A DNA stretch of 64,000 bases from Gemmatimonadaceae bacterium (lineage in GTDB: Bacteria > Gemmatimonadota > Gemmatimonadetes > Gemmatimonadales > Gemmatimonadaceae), in contig JBHYGA010000001.1 of the NCBI GenBank assembly GCA_051859245.1, positions 1,661,722 to 1,725,721 of the forward strand. Direction: 5' to 3'. This document shows, piece by piece, positions 62,984 through 64,000 of this stretch. The translations under genes and the position numbers were made by a program. The notes under the pieces were generated by a model, which ran no database searches, was not told the DNA's origin, and saw only the letters and a program-made list of their open reading frames with translations. Each line of letters begins with the position of its first letter. The stretch's first letter is position 1.

Positions 62984-63001
62984 ATGTGAAATGTTTCACG
63001 A
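62984..63001. promoter_or_regulatory. Rex-type operator upstream of nuoA
   Basis: ATGTGAA-ATGT-TTCACGA matches TTGTGAA-N4-TTCACAA at 12 of 14 positions. Confidence 0.7.
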
Positions 63002-63019
63002 AGTGATCCCACACTTGGC

Positions 63020-63424
63020 ATGCTGCGCGAATATCTCCCGGTTCTCCTGCTCCTCGGCTTCGCGGCCGTCAACGCGGTCATCATCATTGGCCTCGGGGAG
63101 TACTTCACGCGCATCAAGCCCTCGGCGATCAAGCAGCAGCCGTACGAGTCGGGCATGTCGCCGCTCGGTGATGCCCGCGATCGCTTCTCGGTCAAGTTCT
63201 ATCTCGTCGCCATGCTGTTCATCGTGTTCGATATCGAAACGGTGTTCATGATTCCATGGGGCGTGCATTACCAACAACTCTCATGCGCGGTGCCGCTCGT
63301 CGACAAAGTCTGTCCGAGCGGACAACTGTCGTTTTTCGGATTGGGTGAAATGCTGGTGTTTGCAGCGATTCTGCTCGTTGGCTACGTGTATGTGTGGAAG
63401 AAGGGTGGCCTCACATGGGACTGA
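63020..63424 (+). CDS. nuoA: NADH-quinone oxidoreductase subunit A
   Basis: [26 protein letters not shown] and WKKGGLTWD. Confidence 0.95.
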   Translation: MLREYLPVLLLLGFAAVNAVIIIGLGEYFTRIKPSAIKQQPYESGMSPLGDARDRFSVKFYLVAMLFIVFDIETVFMIPWGVHYQQLSCAVPLVDKVCPSGQLSFFGLGEMLVFAAILLVGYVYVWKKGGLTWD

Positions 63425-64000
63425 TCACCACGGTAAACGACAGTGGGGCAACGCCCGTGCGCGTGCCTGCACCCTCGGGCGATGCGTCGCAGGACAGTTG
63501 GGTGACATCGCGGCTCGATTTTCTGGTCAACTGGGCGCGCAGCTCCTCCATGTGGCCCATGCCGTTCGGCACGGCATGCTGCGCGATTGAGTTTATGGCC
63601 ACCGCCGCGAGTCGCTATGATCTCGCGCGCTTCGGCATGGAGCGCTTGAGCTTCTCGCCGCGCCAGGCGGATGTACTGATCTGCGCGGGACGCGTACCGT
63701 TCAAGCTCGCGCCCGTGCTGCGTCGCATTTATCAGCAGATGCCGCAACCCAAGTGGGTGATTTCCATGGGCGCCTGTGCGAGCACGGGTGGCATGTTCGA
63801 CAACTACGCTGTGGTGCAGGGGATCGACACGATTATCCCCGTGGACGTGTACGTGCCTGGCTGTCCGCCGCGCCCCGAAGCGCTGATGTATGCGATCATG
63901 ATGCTGCACAAGAAAGTGCAGACGGAGCGCATGAGCGATACATCGTTGCGTCGCGAAATCGAGCCGAACACCGAGAGTCTGCTCTACATTCCGCCGTCCA
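63415..64000 (+). CDS. nuoB: NADH-quinone oxidoreductase subunit B (3'-truncated by window edge)
   Basis: Translated by hand from ATG 63415: [37 protein letters not shown] and [14 protein letters not shown]. Absent from the ORF track because it has no stop in the window. Confidence 0.95.
   Translation, partial: MGLITTVNDSGATPVRVPAPSGDASQDSWVTSRLDFLVNWARSSSMWPMPFGTACCAIEFMATAASRYDLARFGMERLSFSPRQADVLICAGRVPFKLAPVLRRIYQQMPQPKWVISMGACASTGGMFDNYAVVQGIDTIIPVDVYVPGCPPRPEALMYAIMMLHKKVQTERMSDTSLRREIEPNTESLLYIPPS

Overview
A 64 kb, GC-rich, densely coding bacterial chromosome segment. Gene content and synteny suggest Gemmatimonadota, but this is an inference and not a database result. Most of the window is housekeeping: argG, ctaA, rlhA-like U32, recQ, rne/rng-rplU-rpmA, ilvE, pepA, yicC-gmk-rpoZ-coaBC-udg-dnaB-radA-ispD-tsaC-ywlE-aroE-comF-gap-pgk-tpiA-secG-carA, HU, moaDEA, mdh-sdhCAB, dcd and nuoAB, plus tRNA-Leu(CAA) and tRNA-Asn(GTT). 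I found no mobile elements, CRISPR arrays or rRNA. The most interesting region is 23.2-30.7 kb. An ECF sigma / zinc anti-sigma / Spy-CpxP-like module there has two matching TAAC-N16-CGT promoters. It is followed by a putative copper-uptake operon (TonB-dependent receptor, Cys-rich BNR lipoprotein, TlpA). That operon is headed by a His/Cys-rich exported leader ORF that resembles CruR/CutF (DUF2946) ribosome-arrest regulators but ends in a non-canonical LPWPTAPP instead of RAPP. Other signals read directly from the sequence are a Rex-type operator in front of nuoA, a 460-nt structured leader before rne, a recurring sigma70 -10 variant TA(A/G)(G/C)TT including probable leaderless starts, a YwlE-type arginine-phosphatase signature, and a Cys-to-His Fe-S ligand swap in the family-4 UDG. 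Start codons were refined by eye from the ORF track, and all protein calls come from motif recognition without database searches.
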